Positions 10,051 through 18,482 of a DNA stretch of 64,000 nt are shown piece by piece. Both the position numbers and the translations under genes were made by a program. Each line of letters opens with the position of its first letter. Positions within the stretch are counted from its first letter, which is position 1. The notes beneath the pieces are model-generated. The model worked only from the letters and a program-made list of their open reading frames with translations. It ran no database searches and was not told where the DNA came from. Source of the stretch: Vicinamibacterales bacterium (GTDB taxonomy: Bacteria; Acidobacteriota; Vicinamibacteria; Vicinamibacterales; 2-12-FULL-66-21); contig DASTVZ010000224.1 of the NCBI GenBank assembly GCA_035758845.1, positions 151-64,150 of the forward strand, given 5' to 3'.

Positions 10051-10815
10051 TCAGCGGCCCGCCGCCCACTGAATTGCGCCGACGAGTTGACGCTGGAATC
10101 GCGGGTCCCGCCAGGTCTCAGCGAAATGACCGAGCGCGTTGTAGTAGCTGCGCCCCGATCCAAACGACTGCGTCCATGCGAGCGGATAATCGCCGGTGGC
10201 TCCGACCGACGGCGCGTCAAGACGCAGGAGCACGTGCACGCGCGGACGCGGGTTGTCGCGAAACGTGTAGAACTCTTCGTTGATCGAAAACCGATCGCCG
10301 AGACCCGCGGTTGGCGGGCTCGACGTATCTTCGACGACGACCACCGCCGATTGCGTCCACGGGTGTTCCTTGAAGTAAGCACCCACGAGCCGGCCGTAAT
10401 CGGGCCATTCGTATAACGTGTCGGTCGCGCTGTGCACGCCGAGAAAGCCTTTGCCCTGCGACACGAAATTGAGGATCGCGCTCCTCTGAGTCGGAGTGAA
10501 CTCCAGCTCTCCCGTCGTCAGCGCAAAAAAGATGACGTCGTAGGCTGAAAGCGTTGTCGACGTGATCGATGAAACATCTTCCGTCGCCGAAACCGTAAAG
10601 GTTCCGCTCGAGGTTGCCAGGCCGTTCATCACGTCCTTGGCGACGGCGATCGAATCGTGACGAAATCCCCGGGTTGCAGTCAGCATCAACACGCGGACCG
10701 GCGATCCTGGATTGGTCGGCTGCGTGACACCACCTGAAGACGCCGAGGGTGAGCCGGAGGAACACCCGGCGATGAGCGAGACAGCGACGACGAGGAGACC
10801 GCCGCGGAAGATCAT
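10051..10815 (-). CDS. ThuA domain-containing lipoprotein
   Basis: Lipobox LIAGC. VLMLTATRGFRHDSI and a ThuA-like layout. Confidence 0.8.
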   Translation of the reverse strand: MIFRGGLLVVAVSLIAGCSSGSPSASSGGVTQPTNPGSPVRVLMLTATRGFRHDSIAVAKDVMNGLATSSGTFTVSATEDVSSITSTTLSAYDVIFFALTTGELEFTPTQRSAILNFVSQGKGFLGVHSATDTLYEWPDYGRLVGAYFKEHPWTQSAVVVVEDTSSPPTAGLGDRFSINEEFYTFRDNPRPRVHVLLRLDAPSVGATGDYPLAWTQSFGSGRSYYNALGHFAETWRDPRFQRQLVGAIQWAAGR

Positions 10816-10830
10816 GATCCCTGAGTAGCC

Positions 10831-12771
10831 TCAGCGCCGGTCTCGCGACGCGCTGGTCGACGTTGACTGACCCGTCAGTGCCTTCCAATGGTCTTCGGCA
10901 CGGCGGATGATGCCGGGAACGTCCTCGGTGAGCAGGTGCCGCGCTTTCACCAGCGCATCTGCCGCATCCCGAACCTGCTGCAGGTACTGGTCGCGCGATC
11001 GATAGCGCTCTTCAATCGACCGACGCGGATCGCCGGCAGTTTCTCGCGCCGCCTTCGTGGCGGAGAACGGAAGGTACGACCCAAGCAGCGGATACAACTG
11101 ATCCGGAGCCCCGACTTCCGGCTTGCGGAAGTTCCACCCGGTTACAGTCGCTAGCGGAACCGACACGTCGGGCAAACGTATTCCCGCGCGCTCGTTGCCA
11201 TCACGATCGACTTGCGGGACCAACAACGGCAGCGGCGTCCCCGGCGCACCGTCCTGCGGCACGAGCGGGTTGGGCGCGCGTCCACCCGCGGTCAATCCGT
11301 TCGGAGATCGAACGTTGGGAATCGAAGGAAAGGTCAGGTGAGCCGCGATCGTCAACGTTTTGTCCGCGAGCCGTGGATATCGGCTGTCGGGCGGCGGCGT
11401 GCCTTTGAGCACCCACTCTTCCATTCCGACGAGCAACGCACGCATTACCCACCAGTAGTCGGTCGGATTGTCTTTCTGTTGGCCATTCGACGCCGTCGGC
11501 GGGAACGACGCAGGTCCATGTTGCGAGCCAGCGAGAAAATATACGCGTTCGTTGGCAGGCAATTCGAGATCGCGTGAACCGTCGAGGCTCGTGTGCACAA
11601 GCGCGGCGACGCGGCCGCCGCCCCAGTACTCGACAGCTGTGTTGGTGTAGAAGATTTTCGGCTGATTGGTGCGAGCGCGTGGATTCTCGAGCGCACCTTC
11701 CACAGCACCAGTGACTGGATCCCGTTGTGATACATCGGCAAACGGAAACGATGTCGCGGTGTAAGTGGCAAGACTCGTCGGCGTCGCCCAGCGCCGATTC
11801 AGATCGATCCGTGCCGCCCCGGCGATGTGCGCCATCACGCCATCGAACGCTGGCCGCCCCTTCTCGTCGGTGTTGAATCCTTGGTATAGAAAGTTGCGCA
11901 GAAACCGACCACTCTGTGAAGAGCCGAACCCGACGGCAAACCGCACTCGCGGCGCGTCCGTTCCATACTTGATCCAGGCGGCCGTATCTCGAACGGATAT
12001 GAATCCGACTCCACCGACTGGCGGATCCGCAGCCGTGTAAGAGATCTCATACCATCGTCCCGGCTGGAATCCCTCGTCGACGGTCACAGTAGTTCCACCC
12101 AGGTGCCACGTGTTTTTTGCAAGCGCCACGGGCGGCGCGAGTGGCGCGTCGCGCACGGTTAGCGTATTCTGCGGTCCCTCGGGATCGACCGGAGGGTAAG
12201 GCGCCAGATCGTTGACAGTGAATTCGCGAGCGTTCGATGCCGGTGTGAACATCGCACGGACCATGCCGCGAATGCCGGCGGCCGACGGCGCGTCGATTCG
12301 AACGGCACTCTCGCGCTTCGGCACATCGAACTCCCATCCGACACAGACCACCGTGTAGCCACGACTGAACACAAATCCATCGCCGGCTTCGCGATCGACC
12401 GCGAGTCCGGGCCGATTGAAGCTACCGATCACTGTTTTATTGCCGCGATTGACGACATCGATGAGCGCGATCCCGTTTCCGCGCGCGGCGTCGCGTGGCC
12501 GGTAAATCACTACGTCGGCGGAGAACTCGACGCGCCCGTTGGCGTTCTTCGGCGCCTTGTCGAGATCGACGACAAGCTTGTTGGCCGGATCCGCGGGATC
12601 CACCGCGAAGACCAAGCGGCCGGAGACCTCTTCATAGGGACCGACAGACCCGAACGAACGCCCGCCGCTTACCTCGCGCGCCGAGCGGATCTCGAATCGA
12701 ATGACCTCGCCGTCCGCAAGCGAGGGGATGAACGTGAGTAACAGCGCAGTTGCGATTGAGAGCCTGGTCAT
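10831..12771 (-). CDS. secreted alpha/beta-hydrolase-domain-like hypothetical protein
   Basis: ORF 10831..12918. Start moved to ATG 12771 (MTRLSIATALLLTFIPSLA signal peptide). Family assignment is from memory of similar roughly 650-aa proteins and is not verified. Confidence 0.6.
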   Translation of the reverse strand: MTRLSIATALLLTFIPSLADGEVIRFEIRSAREVSGGRSFGSVGPYEEVSGRLVFAVDPADPANKLVVDLDKAPKNANGRVEFSADVVIYRPRDAARGNGIALIDVVNRGNKTVIGSFNRPGLAVDREAGDGFVFSRGYTVVCVGWEFDVPKRESAVRIDAPSAAGIRGMVRAMFTPASNAREFTVNDLAPYPPVDPEGPQNTLTVRDAPLAPPVALAKNTWHLGGTTVTVDEGFQPGRWYEISYTAADPPVGGVGFISVRDTAAWIKYGTDAPRVRFAVGFGSSQSGRFLRNFLYQGFNTDEKGRPAFDGVMAHIAGAARIDLNRRWATPTSLATYTATSFPFADVSQRDPVTGAVEGALENPRARTNQPKIFYTNTAVEYWGGGRVAALVHTSLDGSRDLELPANERVYFLAGSQHGPASFPPTASNGQQKDNPTDYWWVMRALLVGMEEWVLKGTPPPDSRYPRLADKTLTIAAHLTFPSIPNVRSPNGLTAGGRAPNPLVPQDGAPGTPLPLLVPQVDRDGNERAGIRLPDVSVPLATVTGWNFRKPEVGAPDQLYPLLGSYLPFSATKAARETAGDPRRSIEERYRSRDQYLQQVRDAADALVKARHLLTEDVPGIIRRAEDHWKALTGQSTSTSASRDRR

Positions 12772-12891
12772 ATCAGGCTCATTAAATACCCACCCAGAGG
12801 CTGCGTAAAGACACCTTTCATGGTCATGCTTGCCCGCCGGAGCCTCACGCAAAGGCGGGTTGAACGAGCCCGGTGGGTGGGCCTGAGCGCG

Positions 12892-12921
12892 GCCGTGAAC
12901 CATGCTGAATTGGTTCACGGC
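12892..12921 (-). other. perfect 10-bp stem hairpin overlapping the DUF218 stop codon
   Basis: gccgtgaacc / atgctgaatt / ggttcacggc. The loop carries the GCTGAAT unit. No U-tract follows. Confidence 0.7.
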
Positions 12922-13574
12922 GTCATCAGATGCCGATCGTAGCCCGCACGAACGAGCTCGTCATACGCATCCCACACCTCGTCGGGAATATCTTGCGGGA
13001 TTTGAAACCCTCGCGCCGGGTATTCGCGAATGCGCTGGAGATCGCCGACCATGATGCTGATCACATCGTCGACAGTGAGCGACTGGTGGGAATAGCGGGC
13101 GAAGTAATCGTCCATCGATAACTGCGGTGAGGTGACGCGGACGGACTTGCCGGGCCACACCTTCTGAAATGTCGCGAACGTCCGACGTTCCATGTACGGC
13201 TTCTGCACCAAGATGAAGGTCCCGGGGTCGAGCCCGCGTGACGCGAGAAGGTCGCGGGTGAATACAACGTTCTCTCCCGTATTGGTCGCGCGGTTTTCGA
13301 TGAGGATGCGATCGGCAGGCACTCCCATCCCCACCGCAATGCGCGCAAACCGTTCCGCCTCGGGATCGCTCCATAGGTGCCGGGTGATCGCACCGAGGCC
13401 GCCGGTGAACACGAGAAGCGGCGCCCACCCATCCAGGAACAGCCGCGCACCCCGCTCGGCGACGATCGTGTCGTGACTGCAGAGGACGACAATCACGTCG
13501 GATTTCTGCAGCTCATGGTTCATATGGTGGTAGCGCCAGACGCGTTCCACCAGTGGTCGCACTCGGTCGTCCAT
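12915..13574 (-). CDS. YdcF/ElyC (DUF218) family protein
   Basis: VIVVLCSHD ... LLVFTGGLG ... IENRATNTGENV pattern. Confidence 0.8.
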   Translation of the reverse strand: MDDRVRPLVERVWRYHHMNHELQKSDVIVVLCSHDTIVAERGARLFLDGWAPLLVFTGGLGAITRHLWSDPEAERFARIAVGMGVPADRILIENRATNTGENVVFTRDLLASRGLDPGTFILVQKPYMERRTFATFQKVWPGKSVRVTSPQLSMDDYFARYSHQSLTVDDVISIMVGDLQRIREYPARGFQIPQDIPDEVWDAYDELVRAGYDRHLMTP

Positions 13575-13673
13575 CTCGCTCTCGAGTTACGTGGTTCCTT
13601 GACAGCCCACTCGGCAACGGTGAAAAATTCCAGTGTTTTGCGCTTTTTCCATATTCACAAAACAGGTCACACC

Positions 13674-14510
13674 ATGCGAACGATATTTTCTCTCACACTG
13701 GTTCTCGCCACAGCCACGTCGCTGACCTTGCCCGCACACGCTCAACAGGCGCCCGCTGCGCCGGCGGCTCAGACACCTCCCGCCGGGGCCAGCCAGACAC
13801 CGCCGCGGGGAAACCCCAAGGACACAGAAGTCTGGGAACCGGTGCCTGCGGTCGTGACGCCGGGTCAGGCCAATAGCGATCCGCCGTCGGACGCGATCAT
13901 CTTGTTCGACGGCAAGAATCTGGATCAATGGGTCTCGGTGAAAGACAAGTCGCCGGCGGGATGGAAGGTTGCCGATGGCGTGATGACGGTCGTGAAGTCC
14001 GCCGGCAATATCGAGACGAAGCGCAGCTTCAAAAGCTATCAACTGCACCTCGAATGGCGCATCCCGACCGAGATTACTGGTTCCGATCAGGCGCGCGGCA
14101 ATAGCGGACTATTTCTTGCCTCGACGGGCGCCGGCGATGGTGGATACGAGCTGCAGATTCTCGATTCGTATAACAACAAGACCTACGTCAATGGCCAGGC
14201 GGGCAGCATCTACAAGCAGGCCATCCCGCTCGCCAACGCAATGCGCAAGCCCGGCGAGTGGCAAACGTATGACGTTCTCTGGACGGCCCCCACGTTCAAT
14301 GCCGACGGAACGGTAAAGACGCCGGCCTACGTCACCGCATTTCACAACGGTGTACTGATCCAGAATCACTTCGAGTTGAAAGGCGAGACGCTGTATATCG
14401 GCAAACCGGAATATAAGAAGTACGACACGGCGCCGATCAAGCTGCAGGCCCACGGCGATCCAAGCCCGCCGATCAGCTTCCGGAATATCTGGCTCAGAGA
14501 ATTGAAATAA
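13674..14510 (+). CDS. secreted DUF1080 (3-keto-disaccharide hydrolase-like) protein
   Basis: ORF 13377..14510. Start at ATG 13674 (MRTIFSLTLVLATATSLTLPAHA). DGKNLDQWVS, NSGLFL, YELQILDSYNN and ISFRNIWLREL. Confidence 0.85.
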   Translation: MRTIFSLTLVLATATSLTLPAHAQQAPAAPAAQTPPAGASQTPPRGNPKDTEVWEPVPAVVTPGQANSDPPSDAIILFDGKNLDQWVSVKDKSPAGWKVADGVMTVVKSAGNIETKRSFKSYQLHLEWRIPTEITGSDQARGNSGLFLASTGAGDGGYELQILDSYNNKTYVNGQAGSIYKQAIPLANAMRKPGEWQTYDVLWTAPTFNADGTVKTPAYVTAFHNGVLIQNHFELKGETLYIGKPEYKKYDTAPIKLQAHGDPSPPISFRNIWLRELK

Positions 14511-14540
14511 GAAATGCTGAATGCTGAATGCTGAATGAAA
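14511..14540. repeat. tandem GCTGAAT heptads (3 perfect copies)
   Basis: gaaatgctgaatgctgaatgctgaatgaaa starts 1 nt after the DUF1080 stop. Confidence 0.85.
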
Positions 14541-14558
14541 CGCGGCGGGCTCATTCGT

Positions 14559-14638
14559 GGTTCTGCAGGGTTCTGACGCGTTCTCGAGCGAACCTCGTAG
14601 AACCCGGTAGAACCTTGCAGAACCTCGCAGAACCCGGA
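14559..14638. repeat. eight exactly 10-nt-phased units: 3 x GGTTCTNNNN facing 5 x AGAACCNNNN around a CTCGAG centre
   Basis: ggttctgcag ggttctgacg cgttctcgag cgaacctcgt agaacccggt agaaccttgc agaacctcgc agaacccgga. It abuts the ferritin stop at 14639. Confidence 0.9.
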
Positions 14639-15133
14639 CTACCCCGCTTTCTCGATGTGAATAAGGTAGGCCTCGACCATGATCAGATTGCGCTCCCCTG
14701 ACTGGCGAATGATGCTGAGGAGGTTGTCCATCTTGACCACTTCCTCCAGCTGCTCGTCGATGAACCACTGGAGGAAATTGCTGGCGAGGTAATCGGTCTC
14801 TTTGACCGCGAGATCCATCAGGCTGGTGATCTGGCGCGTGACTTCCTGCTCCCATTTCAGCGCCGCTTCAACCGCTGCTTCGGCCGACGCAAAGGTCGGC
14901 ACCGGCGCGGCAATCGAGGGGATGCGCAGATCCCCTTTGGTGTCGAGCACGTATTTCACGAACTTCATCGCGTGCTCTTTTTCCTCTTCGGCTTGATCGA
15001 AAAACAGCTTGGCTAGCAGCTTCAGCTGGCGCTGCTGGAAGTGTCCGGCGATGCTGAGATACTGCATGCTCGCGCCGAACTCGTGGCCGATCTGCTCGTT
15101 GAACGCTTTCGCGAGACTTGAACTAATCAACAA
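14639..15133 (-). CDS. ferritin
   Basis: LAKAFNEQIGHEFGASMQYLSIA and EEEKEHAMKF. TTG 15133 is preceded by GGAGGAGGAG. The alternative ATG start is at 15157. Confidence 0.85.
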   Translation of the reverse strand: MLISSSLAKAFNEQIGHEFGASMQYLSIAGHFQQRQLKLLAKLFFDQAEEEKEHAMKFVKYVLDTKGDLRIPSIAAPVPTFASAEAAVEAALKWEQEVTRQITSLMDLAVKETDYLASNFLQWFIDEQLEEVVKMDNLLSIIRQSGERNLIMVEAYLIHIEKAG

Positions 15134-15170
15134 AATTGCACTCCTCCTCCAAATCATATACTCGCGGCGC

Positions 15171-15461
15171 TCAACGCGTGAGATGGGTCGGCGGCGAATA
15201 CGGATCCTTCTCTTCATCGTCGCCGTGGAGTTGCAGGATGTAATCGAACACGCTGGCGGCGAAAACAACCACGGCAGAAAACCCTGCCAACCACGCACCT
15301 CGTGAACCTGTGTGCAGCCAGTGCGCGAGGAAGTACACGGCAAGAGCGAACGCCAACCGGCCCAATCGGCGACGGAGCCGACCGTGGGATCGTGAATCAC
15401 CCGGTAGCGGTGGCGGTCCGAACTTGTCCGCGGAAGGGTTCTCGTAAACGGGGGAGCTCAT
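15171..15461 (-). CDS. small two-TM membrane protein, hypothetical
   Basis: Start ATG 15461 lies 5 nt after the upstream stop. Two hydrophobic helices. No recognisable family. Confidence 0.45.
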   Translation of the reverse strand: MSSPVYENPSADKFGPPPLPGDSRSHGRLRRRLGRLAFALAVYFLAHWLHTGSRGAWLAGFSAVVVFAASVFDYILQLHGDDEEKDPYSPPTHLTR

Positions 15462-15466
15462 CCCGA

Positions 15467-16432
15467 TTACGTCCCCTGAAAGAGCGGCAGGCACGCTTTG
15501 GCGATGCACGTAATGTGACGATGATCGGTGCCGCAGCAGCCGCCCATCACGTTGAGCCGGGGCAAGTGACTCATCAATCGCGCGTAATCACCGCCCAGTT
15601 CGGCTGGACTACCGATATCGAGTTCCGGTGAGTCGTTCAGCTCTGCGTGGCTCCGCCGCGACGCGTTCGCTCGCACCGCGCGAATGCGTTCGATCCAGTC
15701 GCCCGTCTCCGCAACGGCATCTTCGAAATGCGTCGGGTGTGCACAGTTGATGGCGTAGTACGCCGCATAGCGGCCGGTTTTCGCGTCAACTTCCTCAATC
15801 GCCGATCGCAGCGACTCGCCGGTTGGCAGACGACCGTCGGTTTCGACGGTAAATGAGATCGCAACCGGCATGTCGGCAGCGCGAGCGGCTCGAACGATTC
15901 CGACCGCCTCCGCCACGTAGTTCATCGTGATTGCTGAAATCATATCCGCCGCGGTCCCCGCAAACGCCTGGACCTGGTCACGGTGATATCTTTCCGCGTC
16001 GGTCTCCGACATCGCGGAATTGGGAACGTATCCGTCGCCACGCGGCCCGATACATCCGCTGATCACGATCGGACTCTCGCCGGTCTCGTACTCATCACGA
16101 ATCTCCTCGAGCAAGCGAATCGCTTGCCGGTTCGAGTCGGCCAACGCTTGCGCCGAGTAACCGAGGCGAGTCCCCCAATCGCCACTGGCCCTCCATGTCG
16201 CGCTCTCGAGGATCAGACCGGTTCCGAATCGCTTCGCGATCTCGGCATAAGTACGGAAGTATTTGCGGAGAGCAGCGGTGCCATCGGCGGTCTTCAGGAG
16301 ATCGAAGGCCGCAAAGTCCGGGAGCGACAGACCTTCATGGAAGATCAGTGAGGTTTCGATACCACCGTCGGTCAGGAACAGCCGTTCGCTCAACTGCGGA
16401 AGGTGACTTCGATATTTCGTTACCATGACCAC
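15467..16432 (-). CDS. homocysteine S-methyltransferase
   Basis: LTDGGIETSLIF and the C-terminal GGCCGTDHRHI zinc-binding motif. Confidence 0.9.
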   Translation of the reverse strand: MVMVTKYRSHLPQLSERLFLTDGGIETSLIFHEGLSLPDFAAFDLLKTADGTAALRKYFRTYAEIAKRFGTGLILESATWRASGDWGTRLGYSAQALADSNRQAIRLLEEIRDEYETGESPIVISGCIGPRGDGYVPNSAMSETDAERYHRDQVQAFAGTAADMISAITMNYVAEAVGIVRAARAADMPVAISFTVETDGRLPTGESLRSAIEEVDAKTGRYAAYYAINCAHPTHFEDAVAETGDWIERIRAVRANASRRSHAELNDSPELDIGSPAELGGDYARLMSHLPRLNVMGGCCGTDHRHITCIAKACLPLFQGT

Positions 16433-16471
16433 AGAGAGAATAGACGTGAGCAGAGGGCCAATAAGTTCGGT

Positions 16472-17002
16472 CTAGCGGAAGACAATGCCGGCTCGGACAC
16501 CCAGCATAATCGGAAACTGTCCCCGTACTTCGACCCGAATGCCGGCACGGCGACTGGTCCACCAGTCGACTCCCCCCGAGAGGAGGATCATGCCGAATTC
16601 ACCCTCTGGGCCCTGGAACAAAAGCGACAACCCTCCAGCCATGAATGGACGCGCGCCTGACCGGGTCCCGTCCTGTCCGAAATGATAGGTGGCTTTCAGC
16701 GTCGCCGCCGCCATGTTCAATGAGGGCTCCGAGCCCGTTCCGTGTCCGCCGCCGAGTGCGTAGGTGTCAGACGGGAAATAGACGTAATCGATGTCCGCTC
16801 CAAATCCCACCGGCCCCTTCAATCGTTCCGCGCCAAATCCGACCTGCCAGGCGGAATCTCGATGACTCAAGGTTTTCACCAGCGCAGGCCCGCCGGTCGC
16901 GGCAGCGAGAGCCGACTGCGCACTCGTCGTCGGCGCATGGATGGCCATAACTATCAAGACAGCGAGCGATTGCCGTCCGACTCGAACATTCTCGCTGCGC
17001 AT
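16472..17002 (-). CDS. putative outer-membrane beta-barrel protein
   Basis: Start at ATG 17002 (MRSENVRVGRQSLAVLIVMAIHAPTTSAQS). Alternating Gly/aromatic strands. Family not verified. Confidence 0.55.
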   Translation of the reverse strand: MRSENVRVGRQSLAVLIVMAIHAPTTSAQSALAAATGGPALVKTLSHRDSAWQVGFGAERLKGPVGFGADIDYVYFPSDTYALGGGHGTGSEPSLNMAAATLKATYHFGQDGTRSGARPFMAGGLSLLFQGPEGEFGMILLSGGVDWWTSRRAGIRVEVRGQFPIMLGVRAGIVFR

Positions 17003-17057
17003 CGTGGCCCTCCGGCTATCAATGTGAGAAGGGCCAGCAAGGAGGCTCACGGCAGTG

Positions 17058-17228
17058 TCATTTGGGCCAGCCTGTCGCTGTTGGATGCCGAGGCTTCGGC
17101 GGTGCCGCGAAGATCAACCAGCCTCGTCCAGCATCGACAGAGCGGAACCCGAGAACGTCGCTGAAGAATCTCCGCGTCTCGTCCGCCTTGGTTGAGTAGA
17201 TGAGCGCGTGCATGCCGATAATGGACAT
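17058..17228 (-). pseudogene. truncated VOC/glyoxalase-family fragment
   Basis: MSIIGMHALIYSTKADETRRFFSDVLGFRSVDAGRGWLIFAAPP matches only the N-terminal half-domain of VOC proteins. The frame then ends, and no continuation appears in any frame. Confidence 0.3.
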
Positions 17229-17285
17229 TGGTTTTGCCTCTGTGAAACGTGCGGCTTGGCGAACGCGAACGCGCCGGTTCAACAA

Positions 17286-17930
17286 TCAACCGGTAATGAC
17301 CCGCGACGCGCGCGCGCCTGGTGTGGCGCCGACGGCACGAGCGATCGCCGAGGCGATCTTCCATCCACCCGTTCCCGACGGCTCAATGGGGTTGGCGTAA
17401 TCCGAACGTTCGACACAGATGCCGCGAAGATCGATCACGCTGGCGCAATACCCGAACGCGACGCGCAGGATGACGTCATTGAAGGTCATCAGCGCCACTC
17501 GTGCCGGCCGCGCCAGTTCGGGATCGAGCGCGCCGTTGTAGATCGTGCAGATCGTCACGTCGCGCTTCAGGCTCATCAGACGATCGATCAGACACCGGTA
17601 CGCTTTCTCGAACGCATCGATACGGCTGGCAAACATCAGCAAGACCTCCGCCGAAGACCGCGCGGGCGCTTCGAGCAGATCGCTGTTGAGAAGCGCATCG
17701 TTGCCGCCGACCGACAGGACAAGATGAGTCGCATCCCTGGGAACACGGTCCAGCTGCGAACCCACCTCTGGTGTGCTGGCGCCGTCAACCGCGAGTAGCG
17801 TCGCACGCCACGTCCACGGAATCAGCGACGCCAGGTGGCCGACCACGTCCGGTTCGCCGCGCGTGTACGACCCGTTATCGAAGATGGAGTCGCCAAGGAG
17901 AACGATGTGTCCCGTCGATGGAGGGTTCAT
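17286..17930 (-). CDS. SGNH/GDSL hydrolase
   Basis: IVLLGDSIFDNGSY block I and LSVGGNDA block. Confidence 0.8.
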   Translation of the reverse strand: MNPPSTGHIVLLGDSIFDNGSYTRGEPDVVGHLASLIPWTWRATLLAVDGASTPEVGSQLDRVPRDATHLVLSVGGNDALLNSDLLEAPARSSAEVLLMFASRIDAFEKAYRCLIDRLMSLKRDVTICTIYNGALDPELARPARVALMTFNDVILRVAFGYCASVIDLRGICVERSDYANPIEPSGTGGWKIASAIARAVGATPGARASRVITG

Positions 17931-18002
17931 GCCAACGAAACACAGGAAGGGAACACCTGGATGGTCGACCTCACGGGTGCATTGTATGCTGGAGCGGCCC
18001 GA

Positions 18003-18467
18003 TCACTTCTTCGTCGCCGACCAGATACCGAGCGAATTCCCGCACCCCGAATACTCGCCGAAGATCATCGTCCCAGTCGCGGCGGTACCCGAGCTGAACG
18101 AGCCGTAGACCTGCGTGTAATTAGGACGGTCTGGTGCTCCTGATCCGTACCCGAAGCCCGGTCCCATGTACGGCGAGGCGGGATTCGGCGGATATCCGAT
18201 CGGCAGACTCAAGTTGGGATACGTATTCGTGCCGGAGCAGCCATTGAAGTTGTACCCGATATCGAGGGACGTCACCTTCTGGTCTGCCACGCTGAAGGTG
18301 ATCCGCATGCCCTGCGAGGTCATCCCGCTCCATTGTCCTTCGTAGCTGGCCATCACACCCGGAGGACTCGTCGGAGGCGTCGAATTGCTGCTGCACGCGC
18401 TGACGCCAACCGCGAGGAGCAGCACGAAACGAAGCTCGATACGATTCAGCCAGGAGCGCGGTCCCAT
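18003..18467 (-). CDS. lipoprotein, hypothetical
   Basis: Lipobox VSAC followed by a Ser/Pro linker. No family recognised. Confidence 0.6.
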   Translation of the reverse strand: MGPRSWLNRIELRFVLLLAVGVSACSSNSTPPTSPPGVMASYEGQWSGMTSQGMRITFSVADQKVTSLDIGYNFNGCSGTNTYPNLSLPIGYPPNPASPYMGPGFGYGSGAPDRPNYTQVYGSFSSGTAATGTMIFGEYSGCGNSLGIWSATKK

Positions 18468-18482
18468 GCCAGATCCCTTCGA

